From NCBI GenBank assembly GCA_038060895.1, contig JBBTCT010000027.1:1-64000 (forward strand): DNA of 64,000 bases, written 5' to 3'. The position numbers and the translations under genes were made by a program. Below the pieces are notes generated by a model. The model had not been told where the DNA came from. It ran no database searches and was given only the letters and a program-made list of their open reading frames with translations. Below are positions 29,802-38,826 of the stretch, piece by piece (within the stretch, counting starts at the first letter, position 1; every line of letters begins with the position of its first letter). The stretch is from Planctomycetota bacterium. GTDB lineage: Bacteria > Planctomycetota > MHYJ01 > WSZJ01.

Positions 29802-30370
29802 CACGGAGCGATGTCTGCGGAGCCTGTGGCGTTCCGGTCGGCAAGGATGCGACCACGTGTCCGAGTTGCTTCGCCCGGCGTGCCGGCCCCCCTGGGCCGA
29901 CGCGCGGAAAGAAACTCGGCGGCTGCCTTCTCGCCATCACCCTCCTCATTCCCGCCGCCGCCTGGCTCGCCGCGGCGATCCGGGCCTCCTGGCGTGCGGA
30001 GCGCGAATCGACCTGCAAGACACACGTGCAGCAGATCGGCGTGTTTCGCGAGATGTACAGGAAGAAGTTCAGCGTTGAGCCGCAGGAGTTGAGAAGCCTG
30101 TACCGGCCCGAGATCACCGTCGAAATGGGAGTCTTCGCCTGCCCCGTGACTGAGACGCACAAGGTGCCGTGGGATGGAGACTGGGGAAATGGGGATTTCG
30201 TCAGCTACGAATACCGCAATGCCGCCTCCGCGCCCACGGGCCAGCCGTACTGGCTCGTCGCGTGGGACAGGATCGCGCACCCCGACGGCCGCCGTTGCGT
30301 CCTCTACCTCGACGGCACCATCGCCATGCTCGATGAGCGCACCTTCGTGAAGTTGCGCGACGCGAAATGA
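29792..30370 (+). CDS. Paralogous Zn-ribbon + H-X9-DG-like protein
   Basis: CGAC/CPSC, TM, C..HVQQIG, LYRPE, FACP, HPDGRRCVLYLDG. Confidence 0.7.
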   Translation: MEIARSDVCGACGVPVGKDATTCPSCFARRAGPPGPTRGKKLGGCLLAITLLIPAAAWLAAAIRASWRAERESTCKTHVQQIGVFREMYRKKFSVEPQELRSLYRPEITVEMGVFACPVTETHKVPWDGDWGNGDFVSYEYRNAASAPTGQPYWLVAWDRIAHPDGRRCVLYLDGTIAMLDERTFVKLRDAK

Positions 30371-30405
30371 GGGCGGCCGTCCAGCTCCGGGCGTAAAATC
30401 CACCA

Positions 30406-31206
30406 ATGGCTTCACCCCGCTCCCTTCTCATCCGCACCGCCGGCACCAACTGCGAGGCCGAGCTGGAGTACGCCTGGAATCGCGCCGGCGCCGCCACGGA
30501 AATCCTGCATGTGAGACGGCTCATCGAGAAGCCCGAAACTCTTCGCGAATTTCAGCTCCTGTCGTTCCCCGGCGGTTTCAGCTACGGCGACGACCTGGGC
30601 GCGGGCCGCATCCATGCGATCGAAATCCGCGAACGACTCATCGCGCCTCTTCGGGAATTTGTCGAGGCCGGGAAGCTCATTTATGGCGTGTGCAACGGGT
30701 TCCAGGTGCTGGTGAAGGCCGGCCTCCTGCCGGGATTCGACTTCCTGAAGTCGGCCGAAGCGCCGCCGCTCGACGCGACTCTCACCGACAACGAGAACGG
30801 GAAATTCCAGGACCGGTGGATCACGCTTAAAGTCGTGTCGTCGCTCACGCCGTTCCTGAAAGAGGGGGCGGTGTTCCGCGTCCCGATCGCCCATGGCGAG
30901 GGAAACTTCATGCCGAAGGACGACGCGACTCTCTCGAGGCTCCACGCGAACCGTCAGGTCGTCCTCAAGTACGTCGCGCCTGACGGTTCGGCCGCGAAGG
31001 GCTGGCCGGACAATCCCAACGGATCGGTCGACGACATCGCCGGAATCTGCGACCCGACCGGCCGGATCTTCGGCCTCATGCCGCACCCGGAGCGCCACGC
31101 CGACAAGGTCCAGGGTCCCACATGGACGCGCGAGGGCGGCGGCGAAGGAGACGGGGAAGGACTGTCCGTTTTCCGCAACGCGGTCGAGTACGCCCGAACG
31201 CTCTAA
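30406..31206 (+). CDS. purQ: Phosphoribosylformylglycinamidine synthase subunit PurQ
   Basis: GTNC, PGGFSYGD, GVCNGFQ, AHGEG, NPNGS, MPHPER. Confidence 0.95.
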   Translation: MASPRSLLIRTAGTNCEAELEYAWNRAGAATEILHVRRLIEKPETLREFQLLSFPGGFSYGDDLGAGRIHAIEIRERLIAPLREFVEAGKLIYGVCNGFQVLVKAGLLPGFDFLKSAEAPPLDATLTDNENGKFQDRWITLKVVSSLTPFLKEGAVFRVPIAHGEGNFMPKDDATLSRLHANRQVVLKYVAPDGSAAKGWPDNPNGSVDDIAGICDPTGRIFGLMPHPERHADKVQGPTWTREGGGEGDGEGLSVFRNAVEYARTL

Positions 31207-31226
31207 ACGCCGGGCGAACTGCTAGA

Positions 31227-31703
31227 ATGGGGACGATGCGCGAAAGCAAATCCAGCCGGGGGCGGATTGCAAGTCGCGGGCGAAAGCTCTTCGGAGCCTC
31301 GTTGATGGCCGCCACCGCGGTCGTCCTGTGCGTCCTGTCGGCGAGGAACGCCGACAAGATCGACCTCTGGATGCGCGGAGCGCCGCCGCTTTCGTCGCGG
31401 TCCATGTCCTCGGCGACGGCCCACGACCTGGCCATCGCGATGAAGTCCTACGAAACCGAATTCGGCGTGTTCCCGGTTTCAGGAAACGCGTCGCTCGTCA
31501 GGTCCCTGTCGGCCGCGAACCCCGGGATGGCGCGTTCCCTGTTCCCGCCCGAGCGGCTCAACCGCCGCGGCGAGTGGCTGGACCCGCGAAACCGGCCCTA
31601 CATCTACGAGCGCCTCAAGACCGGCGCGTACCGACTCTACTCCATGGGCCCCAACGGCATCGACGACGGCGGCAAGGGCGACGACACGGTTCTGACGAAC
31701 TGA
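31227..31703 (+). CDS. GspG-like pseudopilin C-terminal domain protein
   Basis: TM, then AMKSYETEFGVFP...DPRNRPYIY...YRLYSMGPNG.D..G.GDD. Confidence 0.65.
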   Translation: MGTMRESKSSRGRIASRGRKLFGASLMAATAVVLCVLSARNADKIDLWMRGAPPLSSRSMSSATAHDLAIAMKSYETEFGVFPVSGNASLVRSLSAANPGMARSLFPPERLNRRGEWLDPRNRPYIYERLKTGAYRLYSMGPNGIDDGGKGDDTVLTN

Positions 31704-31716
31704 ACGCCCGGCTGAC

Positions 31717-32388
31717 TTACTTCGTGCCGAGCCTGCTCTGCAACTCCTCGATCAGCGCCTCGTCTTCCTTGAACACCCGGCTGTATGGCGACCAGTCGCC
31801 GCCATTCGTCGAGATCTCGGCCTCGATCTTGAGCTTGTATAGAAGCGGTTCCTTCTGCGCGACGCTCCCGGTAAATCGCGTGCGTACGCTGAACTGGCCC
31901 TTCGGGCTCCGGAACTTCCGCACGGTCGCAACGCTCCGGATGTAGCCGGACGAAGGGTCCATCTGCTCGAGGCTGGAATAGGCGCCGGTGACGGCGTCGA
32001 TCAGCTTCTGCCACATCGCCTCAGGGGTCAGCTTCGTGTCAACCTGGATGCGAAGCCACGCGTTCGTCGCTTCCGACGTCGTCGTCGCCTTCCAGGCTTC
32101 GTCCTCCGCGAGGACCAGACGGATCTCGAGGGTGCGGACGGCAGGGGAGCGCTTGGTAAGGACGTATTCTTCCGTGAAGTACCCGGTCATGGACCCTGCG
32201 ATCACAAACGTGTACTTGGATCCGAAATCGAACGTCTGGGAAATCGGCGCGTTTCCGGCGTTTTGGCCGTCGATCTGGATGAACGCCCCCGCAGGTTCCG
32301 AGCTGATGGTGATCTGCCGGGTGGAGTCGCAGCCGGCGACGACCGGTCCCAGCAACAGTGCCAACAGCAGGAAGCGTGAGCCGTTCAT
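31717..32388 (-). CDS. PEGA-domain lipoprotein
   Basis: Lipobox VAGC; ITISSEPAGAFIQIDG...GNAP...GY. Confidence 0.7.
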   Translation of the reverse strand: MNGSRFLLLALLLGPVVAGCDSTRQITISSEPAGAFIQIDGQNAGNAPISQTFDFGSKYTFVIAGSMTGYFTEEYVLTKRSPAVRTLEIRLVLAEDEAWKATTTSEATNAWLRIQVDTKLTPEAMWQKLIDAVTGAYSSLEQMDPSSGYIRSVATVRKFRSPKGQFSVRTRFTGSVAQKEPLLYKLKIEAEISTNGGDWSPYSRVFKEDEALIEELQSRLGTK

Positions 32389-32701
32389 GATGTCTTTTCT
32401 CCCCTGGGGCGCTTCTCGAGCGAGTGCCGGAGCCTCCGCGGGACAGACCCGGCAAGGCTACCGGGCACGGACGATACTCCACAGCCCGACCCGCGCAAAC
32501 GGAAAACCCCGCCCCGCGGCGCTTCAGTTGCCCCCCTAACCTGCCGATAACTTCCTCGCCTCCGACGCGCAGCGCCCCGGGCGGCGCCGGCAAGAGACGG
32601 GATTCGCCTGACCGAACGCGCGCGCCGGTAGTCCCCGAGACGGCGTTCTCCGGGCCCGCATCGTGGTGGGAGAAGCGCCGGCTCGGGTATTTATCACATT
32701 G

Positions 32702-33139
32702 ATGCCCCCTGACCTCATCATCAACGTCGACGGCGGTTCGCGCGGCAACCCCGGCCCCGCGGCGACCGGCGTCATCATCTCCACGCCGGACGGCATCGAA
32801 ATCCTCACGCGCGGGGAGTTCATCGGCGAAGCGACGAACAACGTCGCCGAGTACCGGGCGCTGATCGACGGTCTGAAGCGCGCCCCGGACTACCTTCGCA
32901 AGGTCGCGGCACCGGAACTCGAGGTGCGCAGCGACAGCGAGCTCCTGGTGAAACAGATGAAGGGGGAGTACCGCATCAAGAACGCGGGGCTGAAGCCGCT
33001 GGCCATCGAGGCCCAGAAGCTGATTCGGGCGTTCCGGAAGGTCAGTTTCGTGCACATCTACCGTGAAGCGAACGAGCGCGCGGACAAGCTGTGCAACATG
33101 GCGATGAACACGAGGGGCGTTGTTGAAGAGATCGATTGA
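32702..33139 (+). CDS. rnhA: Ribonuclease HI (archaeal-like subfamily)
   Basis: DGGSRGNPGPA, TNNVAEY, SDSELLVKQM.G.Y, REAN..AD. Confidence 0.92.
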   Translation: MPPDLIINVDGGSRGNPGPAATGVIISTPDGIEILTRGEFIGEATNNVAEYRALIDGLKRAPDYLRKVAAPELEVRSDSELLVKQMKGEYRIKNAGLKPLAIEAQKLIRAFRKVSFVHIYREANERADKLCNMAMNTRGVVEEID

Positions 33140-33173
33140 TCCAGAGTTGGGTGGGGGCCGTTACCATGAGGGT

Positions 33174-33872
33174 ATGCGCGCCACGACGCGATGTTTCCTC
33201 TTCCTCGCCGCACTTGTCGCGGTCCTCGCGACCTGGCATCGAGTAACCATCGTCCCTCCGCGAGAGCACCATTCTCCCCCCAAGGTTGCGATTCGGGAAT
33301 CCGCTGCTCGTGAAGAGGTCGCCGCGAAACGCAGGCCCTTGCCTCCGCGCCTGTCGGTTCCGGCCGAACCGGATTCCATTCCTCCACTGCCCGACGAAAA
33401 CCCCGATCCCGCTGGTCCCGAAGAAATACAGCGCATTCAGGGAATGACGGATTGGCCAGGTTTCTACGCTGCCCTTGGGCCGACCCATTTGTCCTACGAC
33501 GAGCGGATGGACCTCATCATCGATCGACTGAAGCAAGAGCGCAGTTGGAACGAAGAGGACTGCGAATTCCTGCGCGACGCCCTGCTCGAAGAGGATGCGG
33601 AAACTACCAACCGGGCGGAGAAAGCCGGAGTGACGGCGGAAGCCTTCAAAGCGACATTCATCAATGCCCGGAAGCGGCTCACGCTGGAAAACCGTGTCCG
33701 CGATATCCGGGTCGAAGTCCGGAGGGAACGTGAAGCGAAATTCAGATCTCGTTTCGACGAGCCGTCCATGGACGTGATCCGCGAGCACCTGCGCAACGAC
33801 CAGGTATGGTTTTGCGAGACCTTCGGCGAGGGGTGCCACATCTTCCTGCTGCGCGCCGGAGGCAAAAGCTGA
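33174..33872 (+). CDS. Hypothetical protein with N-terminal anchor
   Basis: Open frame with hydrophobic N-terminus and helical charged body. Confidence 0.55.
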   Translation: MRATTRCFLFLAALVAVLATWHRVTIVPPREHHSPPKVAIRESAAREEVAAKRRPLPPRLSVPAEPDSIPPLPDENPDPAGPEEIQRIQGMTDWPGFYAALGPTHLSYDERMDLIIDRLKQERSWNEEDCEFLRDALLEEDAETTNRAEKAGVTAEAFKATFINARKRLTLENRVRDIRVEVRREREAKFRSRFDEPSMDVIREHLRNDQVWFCETFGEGCHIFLLRAGGKS

Positions 33873-33965
33873 GAGACCCCCATCCGCGCCGCCGCTGAAA
33901 TTGAGAGGAACTTCGAACGCAGACGCCATCTCAGGCGTTATCCTTTGGTCTTCAGCCTTTCGCAG

Positions 33966-34097
33966 GTCCGCGAGAGGGGTGAAGTTGGGAAGTGAAGGGT
34001 GGGCGGCGGCGGCCTCCGGTCGATGAGGCAAGCCTCCCAGGACAGGAAGGCCGTCGCCATCCACCCTTCACTTCCCAACCTCACCCCTCTCGCGGAC
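33966..34097. repeat. Long inverted repeat (~52 bp arms) abutting the rnpB 5' end
   Basis: 33966-34017 is a near-perfect reverse complement of 34045-34097. Confidence 0.9.
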
Positions 34098-34560
34098 GGG
34101 CGGACGGCCGCTTTTCGAAGTGACTCCCTCCGCTTCCGCGGAGGACCGGCGCTTCGGGGGGAGGAAAGTCCGAGCTCCACAGGGCAGGGTGGTCGCTAAC
34201 GGCGACCGGGGCGTTCCCGCGAGGGGCGCTTCAGGGACAGTGCCACAGAGAACAAACCGCCCAAGTCGATTCAGCTCCCGGCTCACGCCGTGAGCGAGCG
34301 ATGGGCCGCGTAAGCGGCCCATGCGAGTCGAACGGTAAGGGTGAAAAGGTGGGGTAAGAGCCCACCGCCGTTCTGGCGACAGGGCGGGCACGGTAAACCC
34401 CACCCGGAGAAAGGCCAAATAGGGCGGCGCTCGAGATTGGCCCGGTCGATGCCGCCGGGTAGGCCGTTGGAGGCGACGGGCAACCGTCGTCCCAGATTAA
34501 TGGCCGTCGCCGTTGCCCCTTTTGGGGTGGCGGAACAGAACTCGGCTTACAGCCCGTTCG
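34093..34560 (+). ncRNA. rnpB: RNase P RNA (bacterial type A) with extended P3 and P12
   Basis: GAGGAAAGTCCGAGCTCCACAG, ACAGTGCCACAGAGAACAAACCGC, GGTAAACCCCAC, ACAGAACTCGGCTTA; P1 and P2 pairings present. Confidence 0.95.
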
Positions 34561-34566
34561 AAACTG

Positions 34567-34592
34567 GAGCCCCGGTCGAAAGACCGGGGCTC
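34567..34592 (+). terminator. Hairpin downstream of rnpB
   Basis: GAGCCCCGGTC-gaaa-GACCGGGGCTC. Confidence 0.7.
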
Positions 34593-34757
34593 CTTCTGCA
34601 TTTTCGGAAGCGCGTCCGGGCTGCGCTGCGGGTGGAATTGCCGGGCGATGGACGCGCTTTGGTAGACCTTCCCGATCGCAAATTACTGAAGCGCGTCCGC
34701 CGCCCGGCAATTCCGCCCTCCGCTCCGCCCCGACGCGCTTCCGAAAACGCAGAAGGA
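34591..34757. repeat. Long imperfect inverted repeat (~74 bp arms)
   Basis: TCCTTCTGCATTTTCGGAAGCGCGTC... pairs with ...GACGCGCTTCCGAAAACGCAGAAGGA. Confidence 0.9.
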
Positions 34758-34791
34758 GGAAAACTGCAACGTGGATCGCTGACCAAATGAA

Positions 34792-34817
34792 CGGGGCCGC
34801 GCGAAAGCGCGGCCCCG
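34792..34817. terminator. GC hairpin at the end of the protease operon
   Basis: CGGGGCCGCGC-gaaa-GCGCGGCCCCG. Confidence 0.7.
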
Positions 34818-34840
34818 AATTTCAGCGTTGCGGTCGAACG

Positions 34841-36115
34841 TTACTTTCTGGCTTCGAGCTTGATCTCCAGGTCCAGCTCCGCTTCGCCGCGTTTGACCAC
34901 AAGCGGCACGATCTTGCGCGGCCGGATTTTTGACAGGGACCGCAGCAGGCCTTCGGCGTTCTCGACGGCCTGGCCGTTGAACTTCACGATCAGGTCGCCC
35001 GCCTTGAGGCCCTTCAGCGCCGCGTCCGACTTGCTCCGGACCTTCGTGATTTTCACACCGGTGCCGTCCTCCAGGTTTTCGAACGTGGCGCCGAGGTCCG
35101 GCTTCATCTTGGCGAATTCCGTCCTGGGCATCTTGTCGAGGGTAACTTTGATGTCCACCGTTTCGCCGCCGCGCTTGACCTTGACGCCGATCTCCGTGCC
35201 GCCCGGATAGGCGCCGAGGGAGCCCATGAAGCGCCAGTAGTTGTGGATCACGTGGCCTTCGACATCGACGATGAGGTCGCCTTTCTTGAAGCCCGCCTTT
35301 TCCGCGGTGGATCCGGCCGAGACGGACTTGACGACGGCGCCCTCGGCCTCGGCATGGAGGTCGGGCCAGGTTGCAGCGCCCTGCAGTCCTTCGAGAAGGG
35401 CGTGCCGGACGTAGCCGCCCTTCTTCAGGTCGCGCATGAAATTCTTAATCTGGTTGATGGGGATGGCGTAGCCGATACCCGTGTTGACCCGGTTGGAGAA
35501 GCGGGTATTGATGCGGCCGTTGATGCCGAGCAGTTTGCCGTCCACGGAGAAGAGTGGGCCGCCGGAGTTGCCCGGGTTGACGGCGGCGTCGGTCTGGATG
35601 ACGTCGGTGTAGCCGGCATTGGCGTTGATGTGATTGGCGGAGACGGTGCCGAAAGTGACGGTGGGGTGGTAGTCCATGGAGCCGAGCATGAAGGGGTTTC
35701 CGACGGCGATGCACGCTTCGCCGGCCTTGACGGCGTCGGAGTCGCCGAGCTCGACGTAGGGGAGGTCGTGGGCGTCCTTGATTTTCCCGAGGCAGATGTC
35801 GCCGACGGGATCGAGGCCGACGATTTCGCAGCGATAAAAGTGTCCGCCGGCGAGGTTGCAGGTCTGGTCGAGCGCGTCGACCTGCATCGTCTGGGGGTTG
35901 GCGGCGACGTGGTGGTTCGTGAGGAACCAGCCGTCGCTGGAAATGAGGACGCCCGAGCCGCCGCCGATGAATACGAAAGCGGGGACGACCTTTTCGCAGG
36001 TTTCGCGGATCTGCTTTTCGATGCGCAGGGCTGCGGCTGCGTTGTCATCGGCCGTCGCGCGGGCGGAGAGGACGGCGGCGAACAGCGCCGCTGCGATGAA
36101 TCGGTGGGTGTTCAT
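34841..36115 (-). CDS. HtrA/DegP-like serine protease, 2 PDZ, intact triad
   Basis: LTNHHV, D.VGDICL, QTDAAVNPGNSGGP; signal peptide. Confidence 0.92.
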   Translation of the reverse strand: MNTHRFIAAALFAAVLSARATADDNAAAALRIEKQIRETCEKVVPAFVFIGGGSGVLISSDGWFLTNHHVAANPQTMQVDALDQTCNLAGGHFYRCEIVGLDPVGDICLGKIKDAHDLPYVELGDSDAVKAGEACIAVGNPFMLGSMDYHPTVTFGTVSANHINANAGYTDVIQTDAAVNPGNSGGPLFSVDGKLLGINGRINTRFSNRVNTGIGYAIPINQIKNFMRDLKKGGYVRHALLEGLQGAATWPDLHAEAEGAVVKSVSAGSTAEKAGFKKGDLIVDVEGHVIHNYWRFMGSLGAYPGGTEIGVKVKRGGETVDIKVTLDKMPRTEFAKMKPDLGATFENLEDGTGVKITKVRSKSDAALKGLKAGDLIVKFNGQAVENAEGLLRSLSKIRPRKIVPLVVKRGEAELDLEIKLEARK

Positions 36116-36124
36116 GGTGGATTC

Positions 36125-37183
36125 CTAAGGGTTGCTCGGCCGCTCGCCGAGGGTGGCTTCGATGTCGAGGTCTTCCTCGCCGCGCGTCACTTTGATCATG
36201 ACTTTTTCGCCGACCTTCTTCTTCTTGATGTAGTTCGTGAAATCGCCCCAGTCGCCGACCTTGACCTGGTCGATCTGCCGGACGACGTCGCCGGGCATCA
36301 GGCCGGCCTTCTCCGCCGCCGAGGCGGGCTGAATGGTGCCGATCACAACCAGGGTCGAATTCTCCTTGGGACCGACGCCGAGGAACGGAAGCTTCGGCTT
36401 GCCCAGGCGCTCGCCTGCCTTCAACTTCTCCAGGACTTCCTTGATCTTCCAGTTCGGCGTCGCGAAGGAAATGCCGGAGTTCTGCCCCCAGGGCGAGATC
36501 AGCCGGACGTGGGCCACGACTCCCACCAGCTTGCCGTTCAGGTCCACCACCGGCCCGCCGCTGTTTCCGTAGTTCGTCTTCGCGTCGAACTGGATCGACT
36601 GCTCCCAGATCGCGTTGAAGGCCTGGTCAATCCGGTCCACGGCGCTGACGATCCCGCGCGTCGCCGTGCCGCTCGCCGGCTCCGGCGACCGGCCGAGCGC
36701 CATGACAAATGCCCCGACCTCGGGCTGCTTTTCCGCCCACTCGATCGCGTGCAGGTGAAGCCCCTCAGGATCGACCTTGATCATCGCCAGGTCTTTCGAC
36801 TCGTCCACGCCCAGGAGCTTCCCGTCCGCGGATTTTCCGTCGGGGAAGAGCACCTTGATGCTTTTGACCTTGCCGTCCACGTTGAAGTACGACGTCAGGA
36901 TGTGCCCCTCCGTATCGATCACGAATCCGGAGGTCAGGCTTTTCGGCCGCTTCGTGTAATTCGGGTTGGAGGCGTCGTTCCCCATTTCCGGCACCGCGGG
37001 TTTCGGCGGGACGCGGAAGTCCGCCTTGACGTCAAGCGCCACCGTGGACTTGTGCCCGCTCTCAATCGCCGTCGCGAACGCCTCCTGGACCTTCTGCCAG
37101 GCGGTTTCGGGCGAGTCTTCGGCACGCGCCATCCCTGGAAGAGCGACGGCGCAGGCGGCAAGGAACGCGTAGATTCGATTCAT
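36125..37183 (-). CDS. HtrA-like protein, 1 PDZ, catalytic His absent
   Basis: LTSYFNV in place of LTNxHV; retains DLAMIK and GNSGGP. Confidence 0.85.
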   Translation of the reverse strand: MNRIYAFLAACAVALPGMARAEDSPETAWQKVQEAFATAIESGHKSTVALDVKADFRVPPKPAVPEMGNDASNPNYTKRPKSLTSGFVIDTEGHILTSYFNVDGKVKSIKVLFPDGKSADGKLLGVDESKDLAMIKVDPEGLHLHAIEWAEKQPEVGAFVMALGRSPEPASGTATRGIVSAVDRIDQAFNAIWEQSIQFDAKTNYGNSGGPVVDLNGKLVGVVAHVRLISPWGQNSGISFATPNWKIKEVLEKLKAGERLGKPKLPFLGVGPKENSTLVVIGTIQPASAAEKAGLMPGDVVRQIDQVKVGDWGDFTNYIKKKKVGEKVMIKVTRGEEDLDIEATLGERPSNP

Positions 37184-37192
37184 CGTTTCACC

Positions 37193-38269
37193 TTACATGG
37201 GCTGGTAGCCGAGTTTCACTTTGATGGTGAGCTGTTTCGCGTCGCGCTCGACGACGAGCGTGATCGTCTCTCCCGGCTGCTTTCCCTTGAGCGCTTTGGC
37301 AACCGAAGCGGGAGTTTTCATCTCCTTGCCCTCGATCGACAGGATCCGGTCACCGGCCTGCAATCTCGATTTCGAGGCAGGGGAGCCCTTGGCAATCGCG
37401 GCAATCACCGGTTCGTCCGCTTCCAGCGTCGCGCCAAAGTAGGGCGCGTTTTCATCCTCTTCAACCGGCGGCTCCGGGTCCGGCTTCTTCGGCACGACCT
37501 TCGGCGCGTCCTTCACGATCTCGCCCTTCTGCCAATGCTCGACCCGGTCGTTGATCACGTGCATCGGGATTGCGGCGCCGAGCCAGCGCGTCTCGTTGTA
37601 GGAGAGCGTCATGATTCCGACCAGCCGCCCCTTCGCGTCCACGAGCGGCCCGCCGTCCACCCCGGGATTCAGGGGCGCAGTCGTCTCGATGACCGAGCCC
37701 TTGTAGGTCGCCCCTTCGTACCAGTTCTTCCCCTCGAACACGTCGGTGATCTTGTAGAAACCCGAGACCTCGCCCTGGGCGAACGCGACCTGGTCGTCGT
37801 TCTCCATCACCCCGCCGTTCTGGCCGCCGCTCTGGCAGTTGCCGAAGGTGTAGACGACGTGCCCGAGTTTCAACGACTTCGAGTCGCCGAGCGGCACGTA
37901 CGGGTACTTGCCCTTCGGCAGCCGGACAAGCGTGACTTCAAGCTCGTCGCTTCCGCACACGAACTCCGCCTTCATCTGCTTTCCGCCCGCGAAGCTGACC
38001 AGGATGGAATCGGGCTTGGCGTCGGGGGGGACGACCGTCGCGGAAGTCAGGATCGCGCCGTCTTCGCTGATGACCGTGCCTGTTCCGAACCAGCTCATTT
38101 CGCGGCCGGCGGCGCCCATGCCGGCGCGCGGGGGCGACTTGCACTGAAGAGCGACGATGGCGGGTGAGACCTTCTCGACGACCGGCTCGTGCGTCGCCAC
38201 GCCCGGGTCGGCGGACAAGGGCAGCGCGGCGACCAGGGCAACAAGGAAAACGGACTTCAGGGAAACCAT
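37193..38269 (-). CDS. HtrA-like pseudoprotease, 1 PDZ
   Basis: LTSATVV (no His) and NPGVDGGP (Ser to Asp). Confidence 0.85.
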   Translation of the reverse strand: MVSLKSVFLVALVAALPLSADPGVATHEPVVEKVSPAIVALQCKSPPRAGMGAAGREMSWFGTGTVISEDGAILTSATVVPPDAKPDSILVSFAGGKQMKAEFVCGSDELEVTLVRLPKGKYPYVPLGDSKSLKLGHVVYTFGNCQSGGQNGGVMENDDQVAFAQGEVSGFYKITDVFEGKNWYEGATYKGSVIETTAPLNPGVDGGPLVDAKGRLVGIMTLSYNETRWLGAAIPMHVINDRVEHWQKGEIVKDAPKVVPKKPDPEPPVEEDENAPYFGATLEADEPVIAAIAKGSPASKSRLQAGDRILSIEGKEMKTPASVAKALKGKQPGETITLVVERDAKQLTIKVKLGYQPM

Positions 38270-38391
38270 GACGGGCCTCCAAGGGGGGACTGCGGACCCT
38301 AGATATTACGGAAGGGGCCGCGTCTCCGTTAGGAATCTAAGCCGGGCCGGGAAAGTCGCTTCTCATACCCTCGCCCCTGTCGGCCCGGTTT

Positions 38392-38424
38392 GCCCTGGGC
38401 GAGCCCGCAGGACGAGTCGAAGGG
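38392..38424. repeat. Dispersed REP-like palindrome, copy 3
   Basis: GCCCTGGGCGAGC-ccgcagg-ACGAGTCGAAGGG. Confidence 0.55.
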
Positions 38425-38551
38425 GGCCCGAAGTACGAGCGATGGCACGGTGAGAAAGAACTTACCCATGTTCGCGTAGAACGTCGCGCCGGCGCACGGC
38501 GTTCAATTTAGAAGCGCACCCCTTTCAATTCTGGTAAAAATGAGGGAGGCC

Positions 38552-38776
38552 ATGCCCGCTCCCGATGAAAAAGTTGAAGTTCGCTGCCCGAAGTGCGACC
38601 ACCGCCTTCGATTCGCGACGAAGTTCCTGGGGAGGAACGGGCTCTGTCCGTTGTGCGGCGCGAGCTTCAAAATTGCGCCTCCCGAACAGGCGGCGCAACA
38701 GCCGGCGCCGCCGGAGGACAAGTCCGAGGCGTGGAAGATCTCCACGTACTTCAGGAACCCGCCGCCAAAGAAATAG
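38552..38776 (+). CDS. Small Zn-finger protein
   Basis: CPKC...CPLC; GGGAGG RBS. Confidence 0.7.
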   Translation: MPAPDEKVEVRCPKCDHRLRFATKFLGRNGLCPLCGASFKIAPPEQAAQQPAPPEDKSEAWKISTYFRNPPPKK

Positions 38777-38826
38777 GGGGGGGCTGGCGGGGTCAGCAGA
38801 GATTACCGGCCACGACAAATCCCCGC

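Noticed and set aside
5390-38167. Many long antisense or alternative-frame ORFs (e.g. 5390-7399, 7621-9564, 25890-28214, 35243-38167)
   Set aside because: Shadow ORFs of GC3-rich genes; Arg/Gly-rich with no motifs and fully overlapping well-supported CDS
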